NCBI GenBank assembly: GCA_021731095.1
Contig: JAKFYA010000251.1
Location: 1-39,654 of the forward strand
Source: Acidobacteriota bacterium
GTDB taxonomy: Bacteria; Acidobacteriota; Vicinamibacteria; Vicinamibacterales; UBA2999
Direction: 5' to 3'
DNA: 39,654 nt
The translations under genes and the position numbers were made by a program. Position 1 is the first letter of the stretch. Each line of letters opens with the position of its first letter. The notes beneath the pieces are model-generated. The model ran no database searches, was not told where the DNA came from, and was given only the letters and a program-made list of their open reading frames with translations. Below are positions 8,182-16,135 of this stretch, one piece after another.

Positions 8182-8823
8182 ATGCCCCGTTACGCTGGCG
8201 GTTCTTTTCCCCGCCGTCAATTCTGGATTGCTGTAGCGCTCGTGCTCCTTCTGGGCACGGCTGGTTTCCTGCGCCTCGGCCTGCTCTTCTACCAGCAGGA
8301 TCCACTCGTGGCGGTTGATGCCGTGATCCCGCTTGCGGGCTCAGAGATGGATCGCCAGCTCGAGGCGGCTGATCTCTACAAGGCAGGTCTCACACACTTC
8401 ATCGTGTTGACGCGCGGTCACCGCGAACAGGCGGTAGACCTGCTGGAGGAACAGGGCATCCATGTTCCCGATCCGACCGAGATTGCCCGTGATGCGTTCG
8501 TGGCGTTCGGGATTCCGCGCGACGCCATCATCATTCCGCCCATCCCACACGACAACACGGCGCATGAAGCCCAGACGCTCACCCGGCTGGCGCGCGAGCG
8601 GGGGTGGCGGCGCATTCTGGTGGTGACCAGCCGGTTCCACACGCGCCGCGCCGGCTTCGCGTTCCGTCGCGCCATGCAGGGCACCGGCATCGAGATCTCG
8701 GTACGAAGTACGCGGTATGACTCGTCAGACCCGGCGCACTGGTGGCGCTCCAGGGAGAACATCCGCTGGGTGCTGTCCGAGGGACCCAAGTTCCTGGCGT
8801 ACGTGCTCGGCCTGCGCGAGTAG
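8182..8823 (+). CDS. YdcF/ElyC-family (DUF218) membrane-anchored protein
   Basis: N-terminal TM helix. The pattern ...VIPLAGSE...LYKAG...HDNTAHEAQ...ILVVTSRFHTRRA matches the DUF218 family pattern as I remember it. Confidence 0.75.
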   Translation: MPRYAGGSFPRRQFWIAVALVLLLGTAGFLRLGLLFYQQDPLVAVDAVIPLAGSEMDRQLEAADLYKAGLTHFIVLTRGHREQAVDLLEEQGIHVPDPTEIARDAFVAFGIPRDAIIIPPIPHDNTAHEAQTLTRLARERGWRRILVVTSRFHTRRAGFAFRRAMQGTGIEISVRSTRYDSSDPAHWWRSRENIRWVLSEGPKFLAYVLGLRE

Positions 8824-8825
8824 CC

Positions 8826-9551
8826 CTATCGTCCCCAGCCCGTGAGCCGCTGGGTCCAGCTGCGCTTCTCGGTCAGAGCTCCGGTGGCGGGCTCGAACAT
8901 CAGCACGCGCGGCGCCACGGCGGCTGCAAACACCGGATCAGCCGTCACGATCAGTGACGCGAGGCCGCGACGTCCGACCAGGGCCCGCAGATCGGCGGCC
9001 AGGGCGGCGACGTCGGCCGTCTCCACCAGCGCGTTCGGATGTTCGGCCACAAGCAGCGTTGGTGCCTGCGCCAGCGCGCGCCCGAGCCGCACCCGCAGCG
9101 CGAGCCCAGGCGACAGCGCCCCCACCGACTGCGCAAGATGGCCAGGCTCCAGTCCAACGTCGGAGGCCAGCGCGCGCACGCGCTCGCGCACGTCCTGGGG
9201 AATGGCGTGCAGGTCGAGCGTGAAGGGCAGAGCAAGATTCTGTTCGACGCTCAGCATGTCGAGCAGCACCGCCCGCCCGCTGAGAATGCCGACGCGATCC
9301 AGCATCGCCAGCCAGGCATCGGCATCGGCAATGGTGGCCGTTGATTGTCCGAACAGTGCCACGTCCCCGCTGTCCGGTGCCACGGCGCCCGTCAGCAGGT
9401 CCACCAGCACCTGAGCCGACGGCTGGTCAAAGCCCACCAGCGCGACGGACTCACCGGCAGAGAGGGACAACTGCTCGATGCGCAACGGGCGGAGGCCGCC
9501 GTACTCTTTCCGGACCTGCCGCGCGGTCAACAGGGTCGGGCTATCCGCCAT
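8826..9551 (-). CDS. ABC-ATPase-fold protein with degenerate Walker A, signature, Walker B and H-loop
   Basis: The overall layout is that of an ABC nucleotide-binding domain (LLTARQVRKEYGG...LSLSAGESVALVG...). The motifs read GFDQPSAQ, LSPGLALR, LLVAEHPN and TADP. ATG 9551 preferred over TTG 9569. Confidence 0.65.
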   Translation of the reverse strand: MADSPTLLTARQVRKEYGGLRPLRIEQLSLSAGESVALVGFDQPSAQVLVDLLTGAVAPDSGDVALFGQSTATIADADAWLAMLDRVGILSGRAVLLDMLSVEQNLALPFTLDLHAIPQDVRERVRALASDVGLEPGHLAQSVGALSPGLALRVRLGRALAQAPTLLVAEHPNALVETADVAALAADLRALVGRRGLASLIVTADPVFAAAVAPRVLMFEPATGALTEKRSWTQRLTGWGR

Positions 9552-10374
9552 GCGTGCCCTGGCTGGCAACCACGAGTGCCTCCCAGGCCTCGGCCGGCAG
9601 CGTCACACTGCCGAGCGACGCCCGCTGACCCGGTTCGCCGTGGTAGTCCGAGCCTCCCGTGGCCAACAGCGCGCGCGACGACGCCAGGGCACCATAGCGC
9701 GCGCGGTCGGCGGGTCCGTGGTCGGCGTGGTACACCTCCAGCGCATCAAGCCCCTCGCCGCACAGGCGGTCCACCAACGCGTCATCCCGCAACTGCACCG
9801 GGTGGGCCAGCGACACCAGACCACGCGCAGCGTGTACCACCGCGGCCACCGCCCGCACCGTCGCGCCGGTGCGCGGCACAAACGCCGGCTGTCCTTCGCC
9901 AAGCCACCGGTCGAAGGCCTCCTGCATGGAACGGGCGTGCCCGGCCGCCATGAGTGCGCGGGCAATCAGGGGACGGCCCAGCGACTTCCCCGTGTCGGCT
10001 TTCGCCGCCGCCAGCATCTCGGTCGTGTCCACAGCACGGTTCAGCGCTGCGAGGCGGGCCGCAATCTCGCGGACGCGCTCCACGCGGGCCTCCCGCTGCC
10101 GCAGCAGGAACGCCTGCAGGGCCACGTCCTCGGGATTGAAGAAGTAGCCGAGCACGTGCACGTCACGCGACGCCTCGACGGCCGTGATCTCGATGCCGGG
10201 CACGGCGCGGATGCCGAGGGCCGCGCAGTGCGCCTGCACCTCTGCTGTGGCGCCGACCGTGTCATGGTCCGTGACGGCAATCGTCCGCAGGCCCGCTTCC
10301 GCGGTGCGGGCGACCAGCTCAGCGGGGGTGCACCGGCCGTCGGAGACGGTGGTGTGGAGGTGCAGGTCGATCAA
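9541..10374 (-). CDS. PHP-domain phosphoesterase (TrpH/YciV-like)
   Basis: MIDLHLHTTVSDG...IAVTDHD...GIE...GGSDYHG are PHP metal-ligand motifs. The TTG start overlaps the upstream stop (TTGA). Confidence 0.85.
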   Translation of the reverse strand: MIDLHLHTTVSDGRCTPAELVARTAEAGLRTIAVTDHDTVGATAEVQAHCAALGIRAVPGIEITAVEASRDVHVLGYFFNPEDVALQAFLLRQREARVERVREIAARLAALNRAVDTTEMLAAAKADTGKSLGRPLIARALMAAGHARSMQEAFDRWLGEGQPAFVPRTGATVRAVAAVVHAARGLVSLAHPVQLRDDALVDRLCGEGLDALEVYHADHGPADRARYGALASSRALLATGGSDYHGEPGQRASLGSVTLPAEAWEALVVASQGTHGG

Positions 10375-11366
10375 CGCGAGGGTCCCGGCTCGGACGGGGC
10401 CTGACCTGAGGCTACCGGACGACTCTGGCGCGCAACGAGGGCGCGATACTCGCGGATCAGCAGGTCGAGATGCTCCCGCTCTTCGGCCGCAAACTCGAGG
10501 AAGATCTGCTTGCCCTCAGAGTCCTCGAACCGCTCGCCATACTTGCGGAAAAAACGATGCGAACCCCGCTCGCAGCGGATACCGATGAGCAGCGCGTGCT
10601 GGTCGTCGACACCGCGGACCAGCTCTTCCGCACCTCGCGCAAACAGGCCGTGGGCCGCGCCCTTGAAGAAGAGGAATGTCGGGCGCGAATCAAGAAGGGG
10701 ATCGCGCGCGAGCAGTTCTTCATAGCGCCGCTCCAGCGTGGTGAGGTGATGCGCTTCCTCTTCGGCGAGCTTGCGGAACACCTCGCGACCGCGTTCGTCG
10801 CGGGTGATGGTGGCCGCGCGTGAGTAGAACTCCAGCCCACTGCGTTCGGTGGCGATGGCAATGCGCAGGGCGTCCCTGGCAAAGACCAGCTCCGTGTGTT
10901 CGTGGTCGTGGTCGTGCTCGTGTCCGTCTGTGGGCGGCCGCTCGCCGGCCTGGCACTGCTCGCACGTGCCATAAATCTGCACGACGCTCTGCGCCATTGC
11001 AAAACCACGCGCCTGTGCCACCTCCTCGACGATCGACTCGATGTCGGAGCTGAGGAACTCGAAGGATCGGCTGCAGCTCTTGCAGATGAGATGGTAGTGA
11101 CGAGGGTGGCGATAGGACGGCTCATACCGAGACCGCCCTTCGCCGAAATCAACTTTCCTGGCAATGCCCGCGTCCACCATCCACTGCAGCGTGCGGTAGA
11201 CGGTGGCGCGGCTGATGCGCCCATCTGCGCTCCGGATCCGATCAAACAGATCGTCGGCGCTCAGATGGCCCTCCTGACGGAGGAAGACGTTCAGAATCTG
11301 CTCGCGCTTGCTGGAGCGTTTGCCCCCAGCCGGCTTCAGATCGTGAACGTCCGGAAAGGTAGACAA
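10371..11366 (-). CDS. Fur-family transcriptional repressor fused to a C-terminal rubrerythrin/ferritin-like di-iron domain (331 aa)
   Basis: - Fur part, aa 1-140: winged-helix RISRATVYRTLQWMVDAG plus HLICKSC...CEQC structural Zn-site motifs.
- Linker, aa 147-157: DGHEHDHDHEH.
- C-terminal part: four-helix-bundle motifs E(RSG), EEEAHH, E(RGS) and EEREH. Confidence 0.8.
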   Translation of the reverse strand: MSTFPDVHDLKPAGGKRSSKREQILNVFLRQEGHLSADDLFDRIRSADGRISRATVYRTLQWMVDAGIARKVDFGEGRSRYEPSYRHPRHYHLICKSCSRSFEFLSSDIESIVEEVAQARGFAMAQSVVQIYGTCEQCQAGERPPTDGHEHDHDHEHTELVFARDALRIAIATERSGLEFYSRAATITRDERGREVFRKLAEEEAHHLTTLERRYEELLARDPLLDSRPTFLFFKGAAHGLFARGAEELVRGVDDQHALLIGIRCERGSHRFFRKYGERFEDSEGKQIFLEFAAEEREHLDLLIREYRALVARQSRPVASGQAPSEPGPSR

Positions 11367-11369
11367 GGC

Positions 11370-11723
11370 CTAGTGGCTGTGACCGCCGCCGCCTTCGCCG
11401 TCCACGCTGAACGAGCTGCCGCAGCCGCAGGTGGACGTGGCGTTCGGGTTCTTGATGGTGAAGCCACCACCGGTGACCGTGTCGACGAAGTCGACCTCGG
11501 CGCCCTTCAGGTAGCTGACGCTGACCGGGTCCACGAACAGCTTCACGCCATTCGACTCGAACACCTGGTCGCCTTCGCCGCCCGCATCTTCGATCATCAG
11601 ACCGTACTGGAATCCCGAGCATCCGCCGCCCTGGACGAACACGCGCAGACCCGCCTCGGACTTGCCTTCTTCGGTGAGCAGCTCGGTGATTTTCGACGCC
11701 GCCGTCGTGGACACGTTGATCAT
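11370..11723 (-). CDS. erpA: A-type iron-sulfur cluster carrier / insertion protein
   Basis: [10 protein letters not shown] and [15 protein letters not shown] motifs closely match E. coli ErpA as I remember it. 117 aa. Confidence 0.9.
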   Translation of the reverse strand: MINVSTTAASKITELLTEEGKSEAGLRVFVQGGGCSGFQYGLMIEDAGGEGDQVFESNGVKLFVDPVSVSYLKGAEVDFVDTVTGGGFTIKNPNATSTCGCGSSFSVDGEGGGGHSH

Positions 11724-11781
11724 CGTCTTGAATCTCCCTGGAACCTACAGGTGAAAGTATACCGTCCGCCACCGTGGACCG

Positions 11782-11817
11782 GCAAGATACCCGACATTAT
11801 AAGTCGTAGTAAGTTGC
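11782..11817. promoter_or_regulatory. imperfect palindrome centred on ATTATAA (core CGAC-ATTATAA-GTCG; outer arms GCAAGATAC / GTAAGTTGC) in the erpA-fdhE divergent region
   Basis: Read directly. The bottom strand reads TATAAT at 11796-11801, 73 nt upstream of the erpA ATG. Confidence 0.35.
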
Positions 11818-11859
11818 CGCCGTATCTCGTTGTGTGACATAAACTTGTGGCTTCCCTGC

Positions 11860-12807
11860 ATGCACACTCTGGCTTCAGCCATCCCTTCCGACCACGATTT
11901 GCGCGCGCAGCTCGTCCGGCGCCTCGCCCAGTTGGACGCCGAACGTCCAGACCTGGCGTCAGCGCTGGCGCTCCAGGGGCGCCTGCTCACCCGCGAGCTG
12001 GACCTGCTCGACATGCTCCTCAGCGGTGGGGTACCGGGTCTGGCCCTGCCGGCTCGCTACCTGGCCACCAAGCTCAAGGGCGGCATTCCGGTGTTGCATG
12101 GAGAGCCCGTGCCCTTGCCGGGCGGTCTGCTCACGCTGGCCCTCCGTGACTTCTGTGGTCAGCTGGGCTCCGGCCCAACTGCCGAAGCCACGCGCGCCAT
12201 CGAACTCGCCATTGACGAGGCCAGGCTGGATGCCGGCGCGGTACTCTCGGCCTGCTTCGGTCGCGATCAGCATCGCGTGCGCCACATGGCGGCGCAGGCT
12301 GGCGCGTCGGCCGATATCCTGTGGCTTGTGGCCGAGCTGGCGCTCGCGCCGTTCGCACATCTGCTGCAATTGCAGCTCTTCGCCAGCGCCGATCAGGACC
12401 ACGGCGAGACATGCCCGCTGCGCGAGGCCGTGACCCACTGGGACCGCGGGTATTGTCCCGCGTGCGGCACCTGGCCTGCCTTGACGGAGGTCGGCCCCGA
12501 AGGTCACACACTACGTTGCGCCTTCTGCGCACGAGGATGGAGCCTGCAGGACTATCGCTGCGTCTACTGCGGCGACGACGGCGAGCAGTTCCTCACGGCG
12601 GCACTCGACCCCGAGGTGCCTGGACGACGGCTGCAGCTGTGCGGCGCGTGCGGCGGCTACATGAAGGTGCTGGAGCGTGACCACGCGTGCGGCTTCCCGC
12701 TGGTCGCGCTGGAAGACATGGTGTCGCTGGACCTCGATATGGCCGCGCTGGAACGCCACTACGTGCGACCTCCGCTCCCGCAGATCCGTCGGACCCACAC
12801 GACCTAG
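11860..12807 (+). CDS. fdhE: FdhE-like protein (formate dehydrogenase accessory family, four CxxC pairs)
   Basis: CPACG...CAFCA...CVYCG...CGACGGYMKV arrangement typical of FdhE. ATG 11860 preferred over the upstream alternative start at 11830. Confidence 0.7.
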   Translation: MHTLASAIPSDHDLRAQLVRRLAQLDAERPDLASALALQGRLLTRELDLLDMLLSGGVPGLALPARYLATKLKGGIPVLHGEPVPLPGGLLTLALRDFCGQLGSGPTAEATRAIELAIDEARLDAGAVLSACFGRDQHRVRHMAAQAGASADILWLVAELALAPFAHLLQLQLFASADQDHGETCPLREAVTHWDRGYCPACGTWPALTEVGPEGHTLRCAFCARGWSLQDYRCVYCGDDGEQFLTAALDPEVPGRRLQLCGACGGYMKVLERDHACGFPLVALEDMVSLDLDMAALERHYVRPPLPQIRRTHTT

Positions 12808-12831
12808 CCCGCAGGGCGGAGCGCCGGCCGG

Positions 12832-13269
12832 TCAGGCGAGGCGGCGAATGAAGACGAAGTGCGGCCCCGAGTGCGGAATCTCGAACTCGTCACCCACCAC
12901 CACGAAGCCGTGGCGCTCATAGAAAGCCCGCGCACGGGTGCGACCGTTGCACCACAGCCGCGTGGCACCCGCCGCCTGCACCCGCGCGACCCCTTCTTCA
13001 AGGAGCCGACCACCCACGCCCTGGTTGCGCACATGCTCCAGTGTCGCCATGCCGCGCAGGCGCCAGTCCGTGTCGCTCCCGTCCACCGGCGCAGGGTCTG
13101 GAAAGAACGTGGCAATGCCGACGAGGGCTTCATCGACAAAGGCCCCGAGGTGCATCGTGGAGGGGTCGTCATCGCCAGGCAGATGCACGGCAGACTCTGG
13201 CAGGCCGGGCTTGAGCACCTCGCGTCTGATGGGGCGCGTCGCCTCGGCCGAGATGCGCTGCGTCTCCAT
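12832..13269 (-). CDS. GNAT-family N-acetyltransferase (145 aa)
   Basis: VRNQGVGGRLLE...AFYERHGF is the acetyl-CoA binding motif A region. A TGATG junction links it to the upstream DinB gene. Confidence 0.8.
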   Translation of the reverse strand: METQRISAEATRPIRREVLKPGLPESAVHLPGDDDPSTMHLGAFVDEALVGIATFFPDPAPVDGSDTDWRLRGMATLEHVRNQGVGGRLLEEGVARVQAAGATRLWCNGRTRARAFYERHGFVVVGDEFEIPHSGPHFVFIRRLA

Positions 13270-13814
13270 CAGACGCCTCCGGCAATCCTGAGGTACTGGC
13301 GCCACGGCCCCACCGCCTCTGCGTACTGCCGACCCATCACCCGCGTCACCTGCATGAGGTGGTCAAGGTCATGCGCAACCCAGGTGGCCAGGTGCTGTCC
13401 CAGCAACACACGGCCGAGTTCCGGGTGACATCCTGGCCTGTCGAGATCGGCCGCTGTCACCTGGAGCGCGGCCAGCTCCTGAAGGCTGGCGTCCCGCAGC
13501 GCGCCGAACGTATCGAGCAGTTCCGCAAGCGTCCGCCCGCGTGAGGCCTGCTGCTGTGCGAAGCGATCGAACACGGGAAATGGCACCGACTCGCCGTGCG
13601 CCAGCAGATGCCTGACGCGCGGCATCCAGTCCGTGCGCTCGCCGTGGATGAGATGCCCGACCACCTCGAACGGGCTCCATGTGCCAGGTCCCTCGGCGGC
13701 GTGCAGCCAGGGGTCCGGCAGGTCGCGCAGCAGCGCGTCCAGCACGCGAGGTGTCCGGGCCAGCACCGGCAGGGCCGCTTCGAACGAGAACGTCATCCCC
13801 AGTCCTCCGAGCAT
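13269..13814 (-). CDS. DinB-superfamily protein
   Basis: Spaced His residues (VVGHLIHGE...HDLDH) and the size fit the DinB/YfiT four-helix-bundle metalloprotein family. The start could instead be the internal MTFSF at 13796. Confidence 0.7.
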   Translation of the reverse strand: MLGGLGMTFSFEAALPVLARTPRVLDALLRDLPDPWLHAAEGPGTWSPFEVVGHLIHGERTDWMPRVRHLLAHGESVPFPVFDRFAQQQASRGRTLAELLDTFGALRDASLQELAALQVTAADLDRPGCHPELGRVLLGQHLATWVAHDLDHLMQVTRVMGRQYAEAVGPWRQYLRIAGGV

Positions 13815-13844
13815 CCAGGCCGCGGCCGGTGGCGGCCGGGTGCG

Positions 13845-15365
13845 CTACTTCTGCGTCGCCAGCGCGGCCAGTTCGGTCGCGGATGCCGCTTCAATGTCCT
13901 TGTGCAGACTGTTGCCGTGCGCATCCATCGTGACGATGGCCGGGAACTCGTCCACCTGCAGATGCCACATCGCCTCGGGCGACCCGAACTCGAGCAGTGA
14001 CACGCCGTCCACCTTCGTGATGGTGCGCGCGTAGTACTGCGCCGCGCCACCGATGGCGTTCAGGTACACCGCGCCATGTTCCTTCAGCGCCGCCAGAGTC
14101 TTCGGACCCATGCCGCCTTTGCCCATCACCGCGCGAACCCCGTACCTGCCGATGATGTCCGCCTGGTAGGGTTCCTCACGAATGCTGGTGGTGGGTCCGG
14201 CCGCCGTCACCCGGTAGCCGTCGCCATCCTTCGCAATCACCGGACCGCAGTGGTAGATCACATGGCCCCGCAGATCCACGGGCGGCTCGTGCTTCATCAG
14301 GTGCGCGTGCACGGCATCGCGGCCCGTGAACATGCGGCCGGAAATCAGCACCACGTCGCCCACCTTCAGCGACCGGATCTGCTCCTCGCTGATCGGCGCT
14401 TCGAGCTTCACCTCACGCCCGGTGCGCGGGATGCCGGCCTGGCTGGCCATCGCGGCCACCGGCGAGGACGGGTCACAGTAGAGCCACTGCGTGATTGCGC
14501 CGCTCGGGTCGAGCACCACGCCGAGCCGACGGAACGCCCAGCAGTCGTATGCGACAGAGACGAAGAAGCTGGCCGGAAGCCGGTTCTTCGCCGTGACCTT
14601 GCATCCGATCAGCGACACGGCGCCGCCAAACCCCATGGTGCCGATGCCGAGCTTGTTCACCGTGCCCATGACACCGGCCTCAAGTTCGGCCAGCACCGGG
14701 TCCGGGTTCACATCGTCGAGTGTCCGGAACAGCTGGTCCTTGGCGTGTGCGTACCCTGACGTGCGGTCGCCCCCGATGCAGACGCCGATGGCTCCGGGCG
14801 CGCAGCCCTTGCCCTGGGCGTTCCAGATGGCGTGCAGGATGCACTTGCGCACACCTTCGAGCGTGCGGTCGGCCCGGCCCATGTTGGGCAGCTCGACCGG
14901 CAGGGAGTACTGCGCGTTCATGTTCTCGCAGCCGCCGCCCTTGAGGATGAGCTTCACCTCGACTTCGTCGCGCTCCCACTGCTCGAAGTGGATGATGGGC
15001 GTGCCGGGCCCGAGGTTGTCGCCGGTGTTCTCCCCGGTAATCGAGTCCACCGAGTTCGAGCGGAGCTTGCCGCGCCGGGTGGCCTCGGCCACCGCGTCAC
15101 GAATCTCCTGCTTCATCACGATCTGGTTGGCACCGACCGGCGTCTTCACCTCGAAGGTCGGCATGCCGGTGTCCTGGCAGATGGCGCCCTCACAGTCCGC
15201 CGCCTGGTCGATGTTGGTGGCAATGATGGCCAGGGCCTGACCCGACTGGCTCGACGGCGACTCCTGCGCAATGGCGGTCGACATCGCCGCGCGCACGTCG
15301 GTCGGCAGATCGGTGGAGGTCCGGACGATCAGGGCAAGCACGCTCTCGAAGAAGGGTGAAGGCAT
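13845..15365 (-). CDS. class I (Fe-S dependent) fumarate hydratase, fused alpha/beta type (506 aa)
   Basis: N-terminal Fumerase-like and C-terminal Fumerase_C-like halves (...CQDTGMP..., ...GKGGMG...). ATG 15365 (MPSPFFE) preferred. Confidence 0.85.
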   Translation of the reverse strand: MPSPFFESVLALIVRTSTDLPTDVRAAMSTAIAQESPSSQSGQALAIIATNIDQAADCEGAICQDTGMPTFEVKTPVGANQIVMKQEIRDAVAEATRRGKLRSNSVDSITGENTGDNLGPGTPIIHFEQWERDEVEVKLILKGGGCENMNAQYSLPVELPNMGRADRTLEGVRKCILHAIWNAQGKGCAPGAIGVCIGGDRTSGYAHAKDQLFRTLDDVNPDPVLAELEAGVMGTVNKLGIGTMGFGGAVSLIGCKVTAKNRLPASFFVSVAYDCWAFRRLGVVLDPSGAITQWLYCDPSSPVAAMASQAGIPRTGREVKLEAPISEEQIRSLKVGDVVLISGRMFTGRDAVHAHLMKHEPPVDLRGHVIYHCGPVIAKDGDGYRVTAAGPTTSIREEPYQADIIGRYGVRAVMGKGGMGPKTLAALKEHGAVYLNAIGGAAQYYARTITKVDGVSLLEFGSPEAMWHLQVDEFPAIVTMDAHGNSLHKDIEAASATELAALATQK

Positions 15366-15366
15366 A

Positions 15367-15388
15367 GCGCCCAGTATAATTTGGGCGC
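15367..15388. promoter_or_regulatory. inverted repeat GCGCCCA-GTATAATT-TGGGCGC enclosing a TATAAT hexamer, between the divergent fumarase and methyltransferase genes
   Basis: Read directly. The whole intergenic spacer is only 32 bp (15366-15397). Confidence 0.4.
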
Positions 15389-15397
15389 CGGTTCCGT

Positions 15398-16135
15398 ATG
15401 CCGTTCCAAGCCGCACACGTCCCCTTTCGCCGCCGGCTGACCCGGCGCGGTCTCCCGCTCGCCTTGGCGCTGGCGGCGCTGGCGGTGGCCACCACCCTGG
15501 CGGCCCAGCCGGCCCAGCGGGCCGACACGTCTCCCCACGGACGCCTCTTTCCGCCGCAGGATCTCGGGCTGCTCGAGGCCCCGGACCGGGAAATGTGGCA
15601 GAAGCCGGCCCAGATCATGGACGCCCTGCGCATCGCACCCGGGTCTGTGGTGGCCGACATCGGGGCCGGCGCCGGCTGGTTCACGATCCGTCTGGCGCGT
15701 CGCGTAGGCCCAGGCGGACTGGTGTACGCCCAGGACGTGCAGCGGCAGATGCTCGAAGCCATCCGGCGACGCGTGGCCAAGGAAGGCCTGCAGAATGTCG
15801 AGCCTCGCCTCGGCCGGGCGAACGACCCGGGCCTGCCCACCGGTCGACTGGATGCCGTTCTAGTCGTGGATGTCTACCCGGAAATCGAAGACCGCATCAC
15901 CTTTCTTCGCAATCTGGCCAGGGCGCTCAGGCCAGGCGGCCGCATCGGCGTGGTCAACTTCAGGCCGGGACAGAGCGGACCTGGCCCCAGCCCAGGCGAG
16001 GGCGTCCGCGTCGCCGCCGACGTGGTGGAAGCCGATGCGAAGGCCGCGGGTCTGCAGGTGGCGGCCCGGGGCACCTTTCTTCCCTATCAGTACCTGCTCG
16101 TGCTCGAGCGACCGTCGGCACCGGTGACACGATGA
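15398..16135 (+). CDS. class I SAM-dependent methyltransferase with N-terminal Arg-rich signal/anchor sequence
   Basis: Motif I is VADIGAGAGWF. The N-terminus is RRRLTRRGLPLALALAALAVATTLAAQ. Confidence 0.8.
   Translation: MPFQAAHVPFRRRLTRRGLPLALALAALAVATTLAAQPAQRADTSPHGRLFPPQDLGLLEAPDREMWQKPAQIMDALRIAPGSVVADIGAGAGWFTIRLARRVGPGGLVYAQDVQRQMLEAIRRRVAKEGLQNVEPRLGRANDPGLPTGRLDAVLVVDVYPEIEDRITFLRNLARALRPGGRIGVVNFRPGQSGPGPSPGEGVRVAADVVEADAKAAGLQVAARGTFLPYQYLLVLERPSAPVTR

Noticed and set aside
10896-10928. The GTGGTCGTG-type short tandem pattern in the Fur-fusion gene as a slippage-prone repeat or phase-variation tract.
   Set aside because: It is simply the coding sequence of the HEHDHDHEH linker (alternating CAC/GAC/GAA codons). 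It is imperfect and too short to argue for slipped-strand switching.
15366-16131. TPP riboswitch upstream of thiD.
   Set aside because: thiD overlaps the preceding methyltransferase gene, and the only upstream non-coding DNA is 32 bp, too short for a THI-box.
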